From the NCBI GenBank assembly GCA_038087875.1, contig CM075991.1, forward strand, positions 7,380,001-7,444,000: a DNA stretch of 64,000 bases, in the 5' to 3' direction. Origin of the DNA: Malacoraja senta. Its lineage: Eukaryota. Of the stretch, positions 12,944 through 25,294 are shown piece by piece. The position numbers and the translations under genes are program-made. The first letter of the stretch is position 1. Every line of letters starts with the position of its first letter. The notes under the pieces were generated by a model. The model was not told the DNA's origin, ran no database searches, and worked only from the letters and a program-made list of their open reading frames with translations.

Positions 12944-13305
12944 ATAGACACAAAATGCTGGAGTAACTCAGCGGGACAGGCAGCATCTCTGAAGTGAAGG
13001 AAATGGGTGATATTTCGGGTCTAGACCCTTCTTCAGACTGAGACTCAGGGGAGAGGGAAGCTAGAGATATGGAAGGGTAAGGCGTGAAAAGGACAGATCA
13101 AAGCAGACGATTATTAAGGAAATATATTATGGTTCATTGTTGGCTGAAGGGAAGGTGACAATGAGGCACATAAAATAGTAAAATTAAACAGGAGGACAGT
13201 GAAACTAGGCTGAAAACTAGGTGGGCGAGAGACGAAGAGGGAGGAAAAGCAGGGGTTACTTGAAGTTAGAGAAATCAATATTTATACCACTGGATTGTAA
13301 GCTGA
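12944..13305 (-). mobile_element. Penelope-like element 3'/pLTR remnant
   Basis: Same pLTR sequence as follows the GIY-YIG ORF at 16.2-16.4 kb. Hammerhead-like core at ~13008-13038. TSD AGGAGAGGT. Confidence 0.75.
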
Positions 13306-15647
13306 GGAGAGGTAGTTGTCCTGACACCATGTTCAGAGATTAGGTACGGATCGAAGAGACTGAGTGGCCTCTCTTTGTCCTGCATCATTTCATGATTTTC
13401 TTCTTGTGAAGATGTTGAAGGACATGTTCGCCATGATCATTTTGAGGGCCATCCTATCTTTAAGAGAACAATTCTTCAAAGGCTGGAAGTTACTCTGTAA
13501 AACATCCATGCTGTGTGCACCTCTCCAGGCTGGTGTGCAGAACGAGAAACCTCATTGAAGATTGCATATGTTAGTAACAATCTTGTTCACTCTGTGCAAA
13601 AGCCGCTAGCGGTGGAGCCATCCAAAGAAAATAACATGATGTGTGACTGCCACTGAGAGCCTGAAATGTCGCAACATGCCATTTCCTGACCTCATGTCCT
13701 CTTACCTCTCCGTCGGATCAGTTGTAAATCTACTTGTCTGAATATATCGGACTGTGTGACAGGCAGTCTGCCTGCGTACTACTTGCGGTTATGAGAAAGA
13801 AATACACTTCGAGCCTGCAATGAGTTAAAATGCGTCGGTAAATATTTCTACAGATAGACAAAAGGCTTTGTTTGTCAGCTTCCTTCTTTAGAACTTGCCT
13901 TGTTAATTTCACAATTGCAATTAGAATGTAAATACAACAATGGCACTTAGTCTGAAACAAGCTGCCTCATTAATAGAATGCCCTTGATAGTTACGTTGAC
14001 AATTAACTTTGTCCTAATAACTTGTGTGAGACAATCTGAGATCACATGTTTGGGTTGTGCCTGACCTGACTAATTATAACATCTCCCATCATGTTTCAGC
14101 ACTGCAGAAATACCTTTTTGTTTTCCTGCAGCTAGTTTATTCCGACAGCTTTTGCATTAATTTTTCTTAGCAGTACTATTTACAAGGGAGATCAAATTCA
14201 GGTCCAATTCCATTGATTCAAATGGATTTGGATTTCCCTAGTATTTACATGGCAGACACCTTCTCAAGCTGTTCCGGGTTCTGTCCATATTAAACTATTA
14301 TTCAGTATGTGCATTGTGTTACTCGATAGGGCAAGAGGTGGATTTGACTCGTATTATGCGCAGGAATACAATTCAAATGAGTGTGTTTTGCAAGCAGGGC
14401 TGTTTAAATTAAGATCAGAGCAAACAAACGCTCACGAATTACACAACAGATCCTAATTCGAGAGATTGTAAATTCCGCAGTAATGCCAATTAGCTGCTGT
14501 CATGCAAACTGCAGTTTAAGTGATATCAGAATAGACAGTTTAACAGTTTGTCTTGTTAGAACTAAATTTTACATTTCCACTGCCAGGCTCAATAGGAAAC
14601 CCGTCTCTATCCATCTCAGGGAAGTCAAATACAGTTTGATTAATGGGGTAGAATTGATGCAATTGACAAGAAATCGTACGTAATACAACTATTGTAGATT
14701 CCGGACAAATAAATGGTGCATTTGGGTCTGAATATACCTTTTATAAGAAAGAGTTTCAGCATTGTTTGATTTTTCAAAGAAACTATCGAACAAACGAATG
14801 TCATCAACATTGACAATACAACCTGGAGGTTTGATAAACCCTGCATGAAGATCAGTAAATATGACATATTGCCAGGAATTTCATTATTTCTGTTTTACAT
14901 TCATTCGTGGAACGTGGCAAGGCCAAGATTTATTACTCCTCTCCACTTGCACATGGATTGAATCTCATTGCGAATAATTTTTAACACATTCTTGGAATCT
15001 CTTAGAGACCAGGAGTTGACAGGTTTTCTTCCATGAAGTGCATAGTTGGAGCAGATGCATTTTTAACTACACGCTCATAGTAATATTAAAAATCATTTCA
15101 GTTAAATAGGATTCTGAAATTAAGTTGCTCATATCTGTAGTATTGACAAAGTTACTGAACTTGTAAAGAACCATCACTTTCCTGGTGACCTTTATGGAAG
15201 CAAATCTGCAGTTATTACTGCAAAATTATCTGCAGCTATTTCACTTGTGACTCCCAACCCAGAACTATGTGGTTGACTCTTAATTGCCATTGTTCAGGCC
15301 AAGGATAATTAATGATAGACACAAAATGCTGCAGTAACTCAGCGGGACAGGCAGCTTCACTGGATTGAAGGAATGGGTGACGTTTTGGGTCGAGATCCTT
15401 CTTCAGACTCAGAGTCAGAGGAGAGGGAGACACAGTTATAAGGAAGGGTAAGGTGTGAAAACAAGACATCAAAGGATGTCCTCATTCTTCAGGGAACGGG
15501 TTCCCCTCCTCCACCATAGATGAGGCTCGCACCAGGGTCTCTGCCATACCCCGCAACACTGCTCTCTCTCCTCATCCCCCCACTCACAACAAAGGCAGAG
15601 TCCCCCTAGTCCTCACCTTTCACCCCACCAGCCGTCACATACAACAA

Positions 15648-16214
15648 GTGATCCTCCATCTGTTTCGCCACCTCCAACGTGACCCCACCACTCGCCACAT
15701 CTTCCCATCTCCCCCTATGTCTGCCTTCCGCAAAGACCGCTCCCTCCGTAACTCCCTTGTCAATTCTTCCCTTCCCTCCCATACCACCCCCTCCCCTGGT
15801 ACTTTCCCTTGCAACCGCAAGAGATGCAACACTTGTCCCTTCACTTCCCCCCTCCACTCCATTCAAGGACCCAAGCAGTCGTTCCAGGTGCGACAGAGGT
15901 TCACCTGCATCTCCTCCAACCTCATCTATTGCATTCGCTGCTCTAGATGCCAGCTGATCTACATCGGTGAGACCAAGCGGAGGCTTGGCGATCGTTTCGC
16001 CGAACACCTCCGGTCGGTCCGCAATAACCAACCTGAACTCCCGGTGGCTCAGCACTTCAACTCCCCCTCCCATTCCGTATCTGACCTCTCTGTCCTGGGT
16101 CTCCTCCATGGCCACAGCGAGCAACACCGTAAATTGGAGGAAATGCACCTCATATTCCGCTTGGGCAGTCTACATCCTGGTGGCCTGAACGTTGAATTCT
16201 CCCAATTCTGCTAG
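15648..16214 (+). CDS. Penelope-like C-terminal linker (CxxxxCxxC) and GIY-YIG endonuclease, truncated
   Basis: PCNRKRCNTCP; NLIYCIRCSRCQLIYIGETKRRLGDRFAEH; VAQHFN; RKLEE; GLN. Confidence 0.9.
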   Translation: MILHLFRHLQRDPTTRHIFPSPPMSAFRKDRSLRNSLVNSSLPSHTTPSPGTFPCNRKRCNTCPFTSPLHSIQGPKQSFQVRQRFTCISSNLIYCIRCSRCQLIYIGETKRRLGDRFAEHLRSVRNNQPELPVAQHFNSPSHSVSDLSVLGLLHGHSEQHRKLEEMHLIFRLGSLHPGGLNVEFSQFC

Positions 16215-16327
16215 CCCTGGCTGTCCCCTCCCCTTCATCAGCCATCTGGTTGTCTCCTCCCCTCCCCCAGCCCTCGGGCTCCTCCTCCGCCTTTTCCTTT
16301 TTTCCTTTCTTCTCCCCACCCCCTATC

Positions 16328-16362
16328 AGTCTGAAGAAGGGTTTCGGCCCGAAACGTTACCT
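16328..16362 (+). ncRNA. Minimal type I hammerhead ribozyme-like motif in Penelope pLTR
   Basis: GT CTGAAGA A GGGT TTCG GCCC GAAA CGTT: CUGANGA box, stem II with UUCG loop, GAAA box, palindromic AACGTT stem III. Confidence 0.7.
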
Positions 16363-16884
16363 ATTTCCTTCGCTCCATAGATGCTGCTGCACCCGCTGAG
16401 TTTCTCCAGCATTTTTGTGTACCTTCGATTTTCCAGCATCTGCAGTTCCTTCTTTAACATCAAAGGAGACGAAGGTCAAGGAAAATGTAGAATAGATGAT
16501 TGTTAGCTAGGAGAATGTGACATCAAAGGAAGCAGAGATAAAATGACAGTCAGACCGGTTGGAGAATTGGGAAGGTGGGAGGCATGGAGGGGGAGGGAAT
16601 GTTCATGCTGCTGGGGTGTAAGCTGCCCAAGCAAAATATGAGGTGCTGCTCCTCCAATTTGCGTTGGGCCACACTCTGACAATGGACAGAAAGGTTGGTG
16701 TGGGAATGGGAGGGGGAGATCACGTAGGTTTAGGCGGGCTGAGCGGATAATTAAAGATGGGCATTAAATGTTGGTGCATACTCATTTCCACTGGAATGAA
16801 TTAAAAATATACTCTTTTTTTAATTCCAGACATTTAAACTCCCGACTGGTATGGGATTTTCAGGTCATTATTATGTTTAGTTGA

Positions 16885-17180
16885 GTTTAGTTTAGTTTAT
16901 TGATACATCATACATCACTGAGTCCACGCCGTCAATCAATAACCCGTCCACACTAGTTTTATGTTATCCCACTTTCGCATCCACTCCCTACACACTGGGG
17001 GCCAATTAACCTATGAACCAGTCTTTGGGATGTGGGAAGAACCGGAGCACCCGGAGGAAACCCACGCAGTCACAGGGTTGACATGCAAACTCCACATGGA
17101 AAGCACCCAAGGTCAGGATCAAACATGTGTCTCTACTGCTGTGAGGCAGCAGCTCCACTAGCTGCATCCCTTTGCCACCT
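16885..17180 (-). mobile_element. V-SINE copy
   Basis: (TTTAG)n tail and reverse-complement V-domain. Confidence 0.75.
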
Positions 17181-18401
17181 TATGATTGGATTACTTAAAT
17201 AACAATAACACTGTGATACCGTTTGAATTACTAATTTATCTTTTTTTAAATATTCTTTCACTTCTTAATCCTCTATTAGATCAGCTGCAATTTGTCTACT
17301 GAGAAATGTAAGAATATATAGCTGGCCTATCAGCAACTGTACAGAAAGTACAGTAATATACTGTTGCAATCCATCAAAGAAAAGGACTGGAAAAATATCT
17401 GGGAATGGATCAAAAAGTATATATTTGAAGGTAGGTTCAGATGATTACTCAATTTAAGTGATTTTTATATTATAAGACCGAGGATGGAGGTTATGATATG
17501 TGCTGAATTGTGTGGACCTACGGGAGAATTATTCCCTTCTTTTACTTGCTTGCTTTATAGGTTGCAAAAATAGTTGCATAAAGCTTTGGTGGTGATAGAT
17601 AGTCACTCTCCATGTGTCTTCAGCGAGTTAGCTGGATCCATGTCAGGACACGTGTTTGTTGCCTACAGTGAGATTTTAGTTTATTAAAGATAATTGCAGC
17701 AATTGGTTTAGATTTTAATACATCACTCTTTTGGAGTAAGGCACCTTGCCATTGTTAGTTACGATGATGTCTCTCCTTCCTGATTTAAAGAAAAACAACT
17801 TTGACAAATTACAAAAATACAAAGCCTCTGATAAAATAAATCTCTATTATTGAATCTTTCATTATTGACATTCCTTGCCAATTAATATCCAGCATTTTTA
17901 CTGCGTGTTTCTATCCTGAGGTTGGAATGGAAAGCCATACCTTAGTGCATTTCCATCTTTATCCATCAAATTATTTTTATTCTTGGATAACCTTACGTTC
18001 CGTAATTATTTTTATCCTGTGGTTTTTTGAATTTCTTTATCCTGGCGCTGACTGAGTTAACATATGAGGAGCGTTTGAATTCTCAAATTGTTTCTGATTT
18101 TTGGATGATCTTATGTTCAGATTATTTTCACCCTGTTGCTTTTTAAATTGAGATGATTTAAAATGTCATTTTTTTACATAATGGAAACGTCAGATATTTA
18201 ATAATTAGTTAAATCACTTACGTCGTACACCTTTTGTATGTAAATTATTCTAGATTTTTTAAAATAAATCCTTATTGAGAAATATTGATACTCCTGCATG
18301 CACAGACCTGTATCCATTGCCAATTTATAATATTACAATTATAATACAAGCAATTATATTGGTTAACAAACAGATACACAACTGCTACTTCTATTTATCA
18401 G

Positions 18402-18425
18402 ACACAGTCCTCTTGGGTATTCCAG
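18402..18425 (+). other. Candidate 24-nt microexon of an unidentified host gene
   Basis: CTGCTACTTCTATTTATCAG|ACACAGTCCTCTTGGGTATTCCAG|GTAAGC. Frame-preserving, no stop codon in any frame, unique flanks. Confidence 0.35.
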
Positions 18426-19179
18426 GTAAGCATTTTGACATTTTTGAGATGTCCAATCCATTGCTACGCTGAACTATTTATACCTTGGTTGCCAAGGGAA
18501 TCACAAGTGTCCTTTTCGTGAGAGAGCAGCCTGTCTTCTAGTTAACCAGCTTAAAAGTTGTCCCTGCAACGGTCTTGGTTTTGCTAATGTTATCTTCGTC
18601 GGGAGGTGGTTGCTAATTTTGTGGTAGACGGCAGATTGCATGAGTTGGAACAATAGGTAGCCTTATCGGCTGCACGAGGTCAGAACGTCGCAGTCTGCCC
18701 TGATGGGTTTAGCTATTATTTCACAGGAACTAGGATTGACACATATATGCAGTGAACAATTTCTAAACTTAGACAATAATGGGCACTTAATGCCCTTTGA
18801 GCTGCATATACTGCTTTACAAGATCAATCATAAGAAAATGCTTCACAACATTCCATGGAAACTGTATTAGCAGGCATTAACTGTTTCCCTGTTTATACAT
18901 ATGCCATTTCTTAAGCTGAAAACAGTCAATAACATGGAAATCAAAATGATAACCCGTTGCTTATTTATAATTTTGCAACATGATAGATTCAAAATGCAAA
19001 TGTATTTTAAACGCTGCATTTGTAGTGGTATGATTCCTTAATATTTCCATCATTTTAATATGCGAGGCACTTTGACTAAAGGCATCAAATACTGTATTTG
19101 GAAGGACTTTTGGAAAAAGAAAGGATTGAGAGATGGTTAAGAACTGTATGTCTTGCAGTTATCATCAGACAATGTAGGA

Positions 19180-19590
19180 TGGCACACTTGGCGTAGTGGT
19201 ATAGTTGCTGCCTCACATCACCAGAGACCTAGATTCGACCCTGACAATGGGAGCTGTCTGTACGGAGTATGTACGTTCTCTCTGTAACCATGTGGCTTTT
19301 CTCCGGGTGCTCTGGATCAAGTTTTTCATGTACCTTGTTGCGTGTTGTGATTGTTGGCAGACCAATTTCCCACCGGGGATGAATAAAGTTATATCGTATC
19401 CTATCCAGAGATGCTGCCTGACCCGCTGAGTTACTCCACCATTTTGTGTCTATCTTCAGGATTGTAGATTGTACTCCAAATTGTAAATTGTCCCTAGTGT
19501 GTAGGATAGTGGCAGTGTACGGGGTGATCACTGGTCAGCATGGACCTGGTGGGCCGAAGGGCCTGTTTCTGCGCTCTATCTCTAAAGTAC
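19180..19590 (+). mobile_element. V-SINE with nested Rex1 3'-end and pLTR fragments (~19320-19455)
   Basis: The SINE head and tail are separated by sequence matching the Rex1 3' UTR at ~2040-2100 and the pLTR arm. Confidence 0.7.
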
Positions 19591-19962
19591 AAAGTCTAAT
19601 GTAATCTCTCAGGAAACTGGAAGCAGCTCATGATTTTGTATCAATTCATTTTTAATGAATGGTAAATCTTGGGCTGAAAGCCCATTTCCCAAGGAGCAAT
19701 CCCACCAAGGAACTTCCCCTCTGGATACAGGCTTTGTAAAAAGACCGATCTTCAATATTGCAGTGACCAGGAACTCTTTAGCCCAACTGGTTGCCCACTT
19801 CAGCGTTAGATAATTGTGGATTCCAGAATTTCTGTAGAGATGGGCAAAGATAGGTTTATCCCGAAATGGAGGCAACATAAGGAAAACAGTTTATCAGTTG
19901 AATGGTAATCTCAGGGAAATGTTGACTTCACATTTTGTGATGAACAGTCTGGCAAAATGGGC

Positions 19963-21165
19963 AATAGACAATAGATAATAGGCAATAGGTGCAGGAGTAG
20001 GCCATTCGACCCTTCGAGCCAGCACCGCCATTCAATGTGATCATGGCTGATCATCTCCAATCAGTACCCCGTTCCTGCCTTCTCCCCATATCCCCTGACT
20101 CCGCTATCTTTAAGAGCCCTATCTAGCTCTCTCTTGAAAGCATCCAGAGAACCTGCCTCCACTGCCCTCTGAGGCAGAGAATTCCACAGACGTAGACTGG
20201 AATTGTGTTGAGCATGTATCAATCCCCAGTCCACGTTGAAGGGAACTATTTGTTCAAGAACCTGCGAAACAATAATAGGAGAAAGCAAAGCATGCAACAT
20301 TCGAGCCCACAGCTATGCTCTCTTTAAGGAAGTATCCGTCACATTCCAGAACCAGGGGTCACAGTTTAAGAATAAGGGGTAGGCCATTTACCCGGTATTG
20401 AGATGAGGAAAAACGTTTTCACCCAGAGAGTTGTGAATCTCTGTGGAATTCTCTGCCACAGAAAGCAGTGGAGGTTAATTCACTGGATGTATTCAAGAGA
20501 GAGTTGTATATACCTGTAGCTCTTGGGGCTAACGGAATCAAGGGATATGGGGAGAAAGCAGGAACGGAGTACTGATTCTGGATGATCAGCCGTGATCATA
20601 TTGAATGGCGGTGCTGACTCGAAGGGCCGAAAGTAACTCAGCGGGTCAGGTAGAATCTCTGGATAAAATGAATAGGTGACGTTTCAAGTCAAGACCCTTC
20701 TTCAGACAAAAGCTGATATTGATACGAGGATTTGAATTCTCGTATTAACCCATAGAACTCTGCAAGAAGGGAATTTGAAGGGGAAGAGATGGGCAAAATG
20801 TTGGTTAGGTGAGATGGGTTGAGGCAAACAGAATTGTTATTTTAAAAAGTCAGTGGACTTGAGAGGGGCCACAGTTTAAGAATAAGGGGTAAGCCATTCA
20901 GAACGGCGACGAGGAAACACTTTTCTCACAGAGAGTTGTGAGTCTGTGGAATTCTCTGCCTCAGAGGCCGGTTCTCGGGATACTTTCAAGAGAGAGCTAG
21001 ATAGGGCTCTTAAAGATAGCCCCATATCCCCCAAGTCAGGGGATATGGGGAGAAGGCAGGAACGGGGTACTGATTGGGGATGATCAGCCATGATCACATT
21101 GAATGGCGGTGCTGGCTCGAAGGGCCAAATGGCCTACTCCTGCACCTATTGTCCATTGTCTATTG
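19963..21165. mobile_element. Cluster of CR1 3' ends (- ~19963-20190; + ~20345-20630; + ~20870-21165)
   Basis: LWNSLPQRAVEAGSLDAFKRELDRAL motif, CR1 3' UTR and (CTATTGT)n tails. Confidence 0.85.
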
Positions 21166-21940
21166 AGAGATTGAACGATATCTGAACATACTAAGCGGTA
21201 TAGTTCTGGGATTCTGAGTTATATCCTCTTTGTGGAACTGTGCTATATGACAGTTCGCATCTGTATTTTAATGTATATCTAGATTGATGGTGAGGTACCC
21301 TGGAATACTGTGCAGATATAATTAAGCATTTTTTAAATAAGTGGATTCAGAAATAATTTTGTGAGTTGTGACATTTTTGTGAACTTTTTTGAAAAGTTAT
21401 CAATGATCCAGCCACTAAAGGGATGGTTCTCATTGGATGTTGAATTCCTCCCAGCATTTGTTTGACATGCTTAAACACAGAAGAGGCCAGACATGCTCAG
21501 AATTGTCTAATGGTGCACAATGCCTTGACAGCACGTGCAAAATTCATGAGCAGTGTGGGATACTCAGGCAAAAACAGTTCACGCCTGGCAAGCAAGACCT
21601 CTTTCCATGCAACTTAAAGGGTGATACGCTCCACCTGTCATCCCCACTCTGTGCCAATGCCATAATTGAATCCTGAAGGCCTGAGCTCCATGTTTCCACC
21701 GATATATATAAATGAATGGGTGACGTTTAGGGTTGAGACTGAGAATCCAGAGATTCTGCTGAGCCACTCCAGCATTTTGTGTCTATCTTCGGTGTATAAC
21801 CAGCATCTGCAGTTCCTTCCTACATATATATATAACTTTTTTTGTTTATTATATTGTTTATACAGAGTACTATGTTTACATATATTGTTGTGCTGCCACA
21901 AGAATGTCATTGTTCTCTCTGGGACATATGACAATACTGT

Positions 21941-22340
21941 CATCATCAGCGGTCACTCGAAAGGAGTATGACTGTGAGGATGCCTGTGCGTGACTTTGTT
22001 TAATGTGGGGAGACTGGTGCACAGACAGCCACCACACGGTCCTTGACAGATCTGGGTCAGGATCCAGTGGCATGGAGTCCAAGACGACCGGAGACCCTTT
22101 TCTGCTGCAGCCTTCATCCGCCTTCCCAGCCTTTGTGACGCTCCACTAAGGTCAGCCATCGTCCTCCGCCTGTTCCACCATTGAGGTCTTGGTTGGATTG
22201 CTCTTTGGCAGAGACCTCCCCCTCGACCTTACCGCCATGGGTGGCCCTACCAGGAGCATAGCTCCAGACGGCATCGCTCTCAGGATCTCAGGTCCACGCA
22301 AGCTTCTCCACCACGACAAGGTGACAATCCACGGAGAGAC
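21941..22340 (-). mobile_element. Bipartite non-autonomous RTE-clade element (5' UTR joined to 3' end)
   Basis: The minus strand starts CTCTCCGTGGATTGTCACCTTGTCGTGGTGGAG...GGTAGGGCCACCCATGGC (RTE/Expander-type 5' UTR) and ends GAGTGACCGCTGATGATG. Direct repeat TATGACAATA at 21927-21936 and 22350-22359. Confidence 0.75.
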
Positions 22341-23302
22341 AAGAGTGTGTATGACAATAACACACTCTTGACTCTTGACCCCAGGAGGAACAAAGAGCCC
22401 ACCACCCACTGATCTCCTTAAACCCACCTGAGTTCCTCTATTTGCTTACCCGTGATGGGGCTGAGATAGGAAAGGTTGCTGTATGCTTTTGGTTGCAGGA
22501 GTCCAGGCCTGCTGCAGAAGTGCCATGAATCTCAAAAACACTGTGGAATATTACTGGAGGGAGCTAATGCACAATGGATGCAAGATAAACGCAAAGTGCT
22601 GGAGTCATTCAGCGGGTCAGGCAGCATCGCTGGAGAAAAAGGAGCAGTGATGTTTCGGGTCGGAACTCTTCCTCAGACTGAAAGTGTGGGGGGGGGGGGA
22701 ATGAAAAAGCCAGAACAAATCAGGGCCAGCAATAGATGACCAAGATGCACAACATACAGTATAATGGCTTTACACAATGACTGGAATATGCACCTTGTGG
22801 GGCGAGGAATACTGTTGGTTCAGATCCAAAAATGTGCTTTCTGCTGTGAACAGATGAACAAATACTTATGAACAAATTTTTTAATAGAAATGATGCTTAA
22901 TTAATTAATTAATATTTCTTGCAAATAGATTTGAATCAACTCTTTAAAATGTGTCAGTAAATTAAAAACTGGCACTGCACACTTAATAATATATTGCCAT
23001 AAAACTTTCATTTACCATCTGAATTATGTAGGGCATTATTCCATAGTTAGGTCAGGTTATTTTTAAACTATAATCATTACTTGTGCTGATATTTCAAAGA
23101 TTGTGTTTTTCTCCTGCATGACAGACTACTTGTCTGAATGTGAGTTGCAGACTTGTATTTTACTGCAGCCACTCTTAAGCACGTTTTTATGAGATTTTCC
23201 CCATGAATGGCCTTCTAGAAGTCGTAGATCCGAATGTTCATTCATACAGTATATTGAGTCACCGCAACGAGATGGTGAGTTGAGGAAAAGTGTATTCTAC
23301 CA

Positions 23303-23591
23303 GACACGGAGGCGCAGCGGTAGAATTGCTGCTTTACAGCGCCAGAGACTCGGGTTCGATCCTGACTATGGGTGCTGCCTGTACAGAATTTGTGCATTCT
23401 CCCCGTGACCTGTGTGGGTTTTCTCCAGTTTCCTCCCACGCTCCAGGTTTGTAGGCTCATTGGCTTGGTAGAATTGTAAATTGTCCCCGTGTGCATGTAG
23501 GATCGTGCTAGTGTACGGGGGTCGTTGGTCAGCGTGGACTCGGTGGGCTGAAGGGGCCTGTTTCCACGCTGTATCTCCAAACTAAACTAAA
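23303..23591 (+). mobile_element. V-SINE copy
   Basis: A/B-box head (GGCGCAGCGGTAGA, GGTTCGATCC), V-domain, CTAAA tail. Confidence 0.85.
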
Positions 23592-24074
23592 CCAGTCCTT
23601 CAGCAGTGATTTAAACACAGGAGTCCTGCCATCTCCAGAGTGCACAACCCAAGGTTGTCACCTTTCAGTTGACATGAACAGCTGAAAATTCTTCAGCCCT
23701 GTCAGCTAGGTGTGAAAGGTCCAATGGCACGGTTATGCAGGAGTGTGTGAGACTTCTGGCCAATGTCCTGGGAAATATTTATTATTCAATCAATACCTGG
23801 TCTTTTTTGCATTCCTGTTTGTGGGAATTCTTTGGATACATTTCCAACATTACAATTGTGACTGTTGTATGAAAATATAGTTCTGGACAGGCTGAACTGC
23901 TGAACAGTGCTGTATAAATGTAGCTGTCTTCTTTTATTTCTTCCCACTGGACATGACAATACTCCACTGTATTGATGTCCACTTCTTGAGCACAGAAAGA
24001 AAATCCAACTTCACATTACTGCACTGAAACCGATTCGAACCTCAAAATTCCTTCTCTTTCTCACTTTCCCTTTC

Positions 24075-24232
24075 ACTCTCTCTGTCTCGCTCTCTCTGTC
24101 TCGCTCTCTCCGTCTCGCTCTCTCTGTCTCGCTCTCTCTGTATCACTCTCTCCATCTCACTCTCTCTGTCTCGCTCTCTCTGTCTCACTCTCTCTGTCTC
24201 ACTCTCTCCGTCTCACTCTCTCCGCCTCACTC
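24075..24232. repeat. 14-bp pyrimidine-rich minisatellite (CTCTCTCTGTCTCR)n
   Basis: Directly visible tandem repeat of about 11 units. Confidence 0.9.
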
Positions 24233-25077
24233 AATTTCAGCACACATGTAGCAACTAATGTTCTGTTTCTGGAAGACTGCTGAAGAGCAACAAGTAGTTC
24301 ATCAGTAAATGGAGGTAAGGGATGATCCTTGGAGGAGACCAGAGATAATCAGTGCAGCTTTGAAAGAAGGGTATCACAACCAGACTTTTCTAACATACTG
24401 GAGACACAATCAACTGCAGAAGGCTCCGCGCTGTATCTCCAAACTAAACTACATTCAGATATACTGTAAAATGGCATTGAATGGTTGATTATGTTGTAAT
24501 TCCAGTGCCATGATTTGGAGTTAGCTTGGATATGAGCTGGTATCAGGTTATGTCCAATTACAGTATATCATTCTTATTGTCCTACAGTAAGCTTAGCTAG
24601 ATGACTGATATGGGAAATTTACTCTCTCATCCAAAGACTACGTTCTATGGAAGCTGAGGCTCACATTAAAGGGAGAAGTTTGTTTCAATATGATGAAGAA
24701 TACTGATTCAATGGCATTTTAATCCCTTCTGTGGAGTGCTACGAGAATTGTATGCATGCCCACATTTTGTGTACAATACTCCTTGTCTCTCAACTGAAAC
24801 AGCTTTTGTTTAAATGAACAGGTATATACAATAGAATGCAAAAACATATTTCTGGATGCTGCCTGCCTTATTATCTTTTACCAGGTATTATTATAATTGA
24901 AATAATGTGATGCTGCATCTGATTAATTGTATCTGTGGCAATTATGTAGTTGTGATGGATGCATGACCTTCAGAATCATGTTGAAAAAAATCCCAAATAA
25001 CACTGTACAATTATGATCAGTGTTCTTTTGTTTTAATTGTTGGTATTTTGGAGGATTAATGCATTGGCTAGTTTGGA

Positions 25078-25244
25078 AGAGAGAGAGCTAGATAGGGCTC
25101 TTGAAAATAGCGGAGTCAGGGGATATGGGGAGAAGGCAGGAACGGGGTACTGATTGGGGATGATCAGCCATGATCACATTGAATGGTGGTGCTGGCTCGA
25201 AGGGCCAAATGACCTGCTCCTGCACCTATTGTCTATTGTCTATT
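25078..25244 (+). mobile_element. CR1 3' end
   Basis: Near-identical to 20990-21165, with a (CTATTGT)n tail. Confidence 0.85.
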
Positions 25245-25294
25245 GGAAGCATTGAATGTAGAGACTGCAGAAATACTCAAAGATGTGGTTTAAT

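Larger units (their letters stand above)
12140..13340 (-). mobile_element. Decayed Rex1/Babar RT remnant hosting three younger TSD-flanked insertions
   Basis: The minus strand encodes VESFVFLAINITNNLSCTNHIEATAK, similar to KFLGVHITDDQTWSTN of the 32-kb Rex1. TSDs ACAGTATGCCT, AGGTAGAGTAGTT and AGGAGAGGT flank the inserts. Confidence 0.7.
15477..16456 (+). mobile_element. 5'-truncated Penelope-like element
   Basis: TSD ACATCAAAGGA (15466-15476, 16457-16467). Contains the GIY-YIG ORF followed by a pLTR with a hammerhead core. Confidence 0.9.
15313..16744 (-). mobile_element. Outer Penelope-like remnant, split by a nested Penelope
   Basis: TSD GGATAATTAA (15303-15312, 16745-16754). The minus strand at ~16.6-16.7 kb encodes QRKLEEQHLIFCLGSL, the GIY-YIG tail. 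Confidence 0.75.

Noticed and set aside
15606..16148. 180-aa minus-strand ORF
   Set aside because: Antisense shadow of the Penelope GIY-YIG ORF.
24276..24314. Possible exon ending in GAG|GTAAGG
   Set aside because: Stop codons in all three frames and a weak acceptor.
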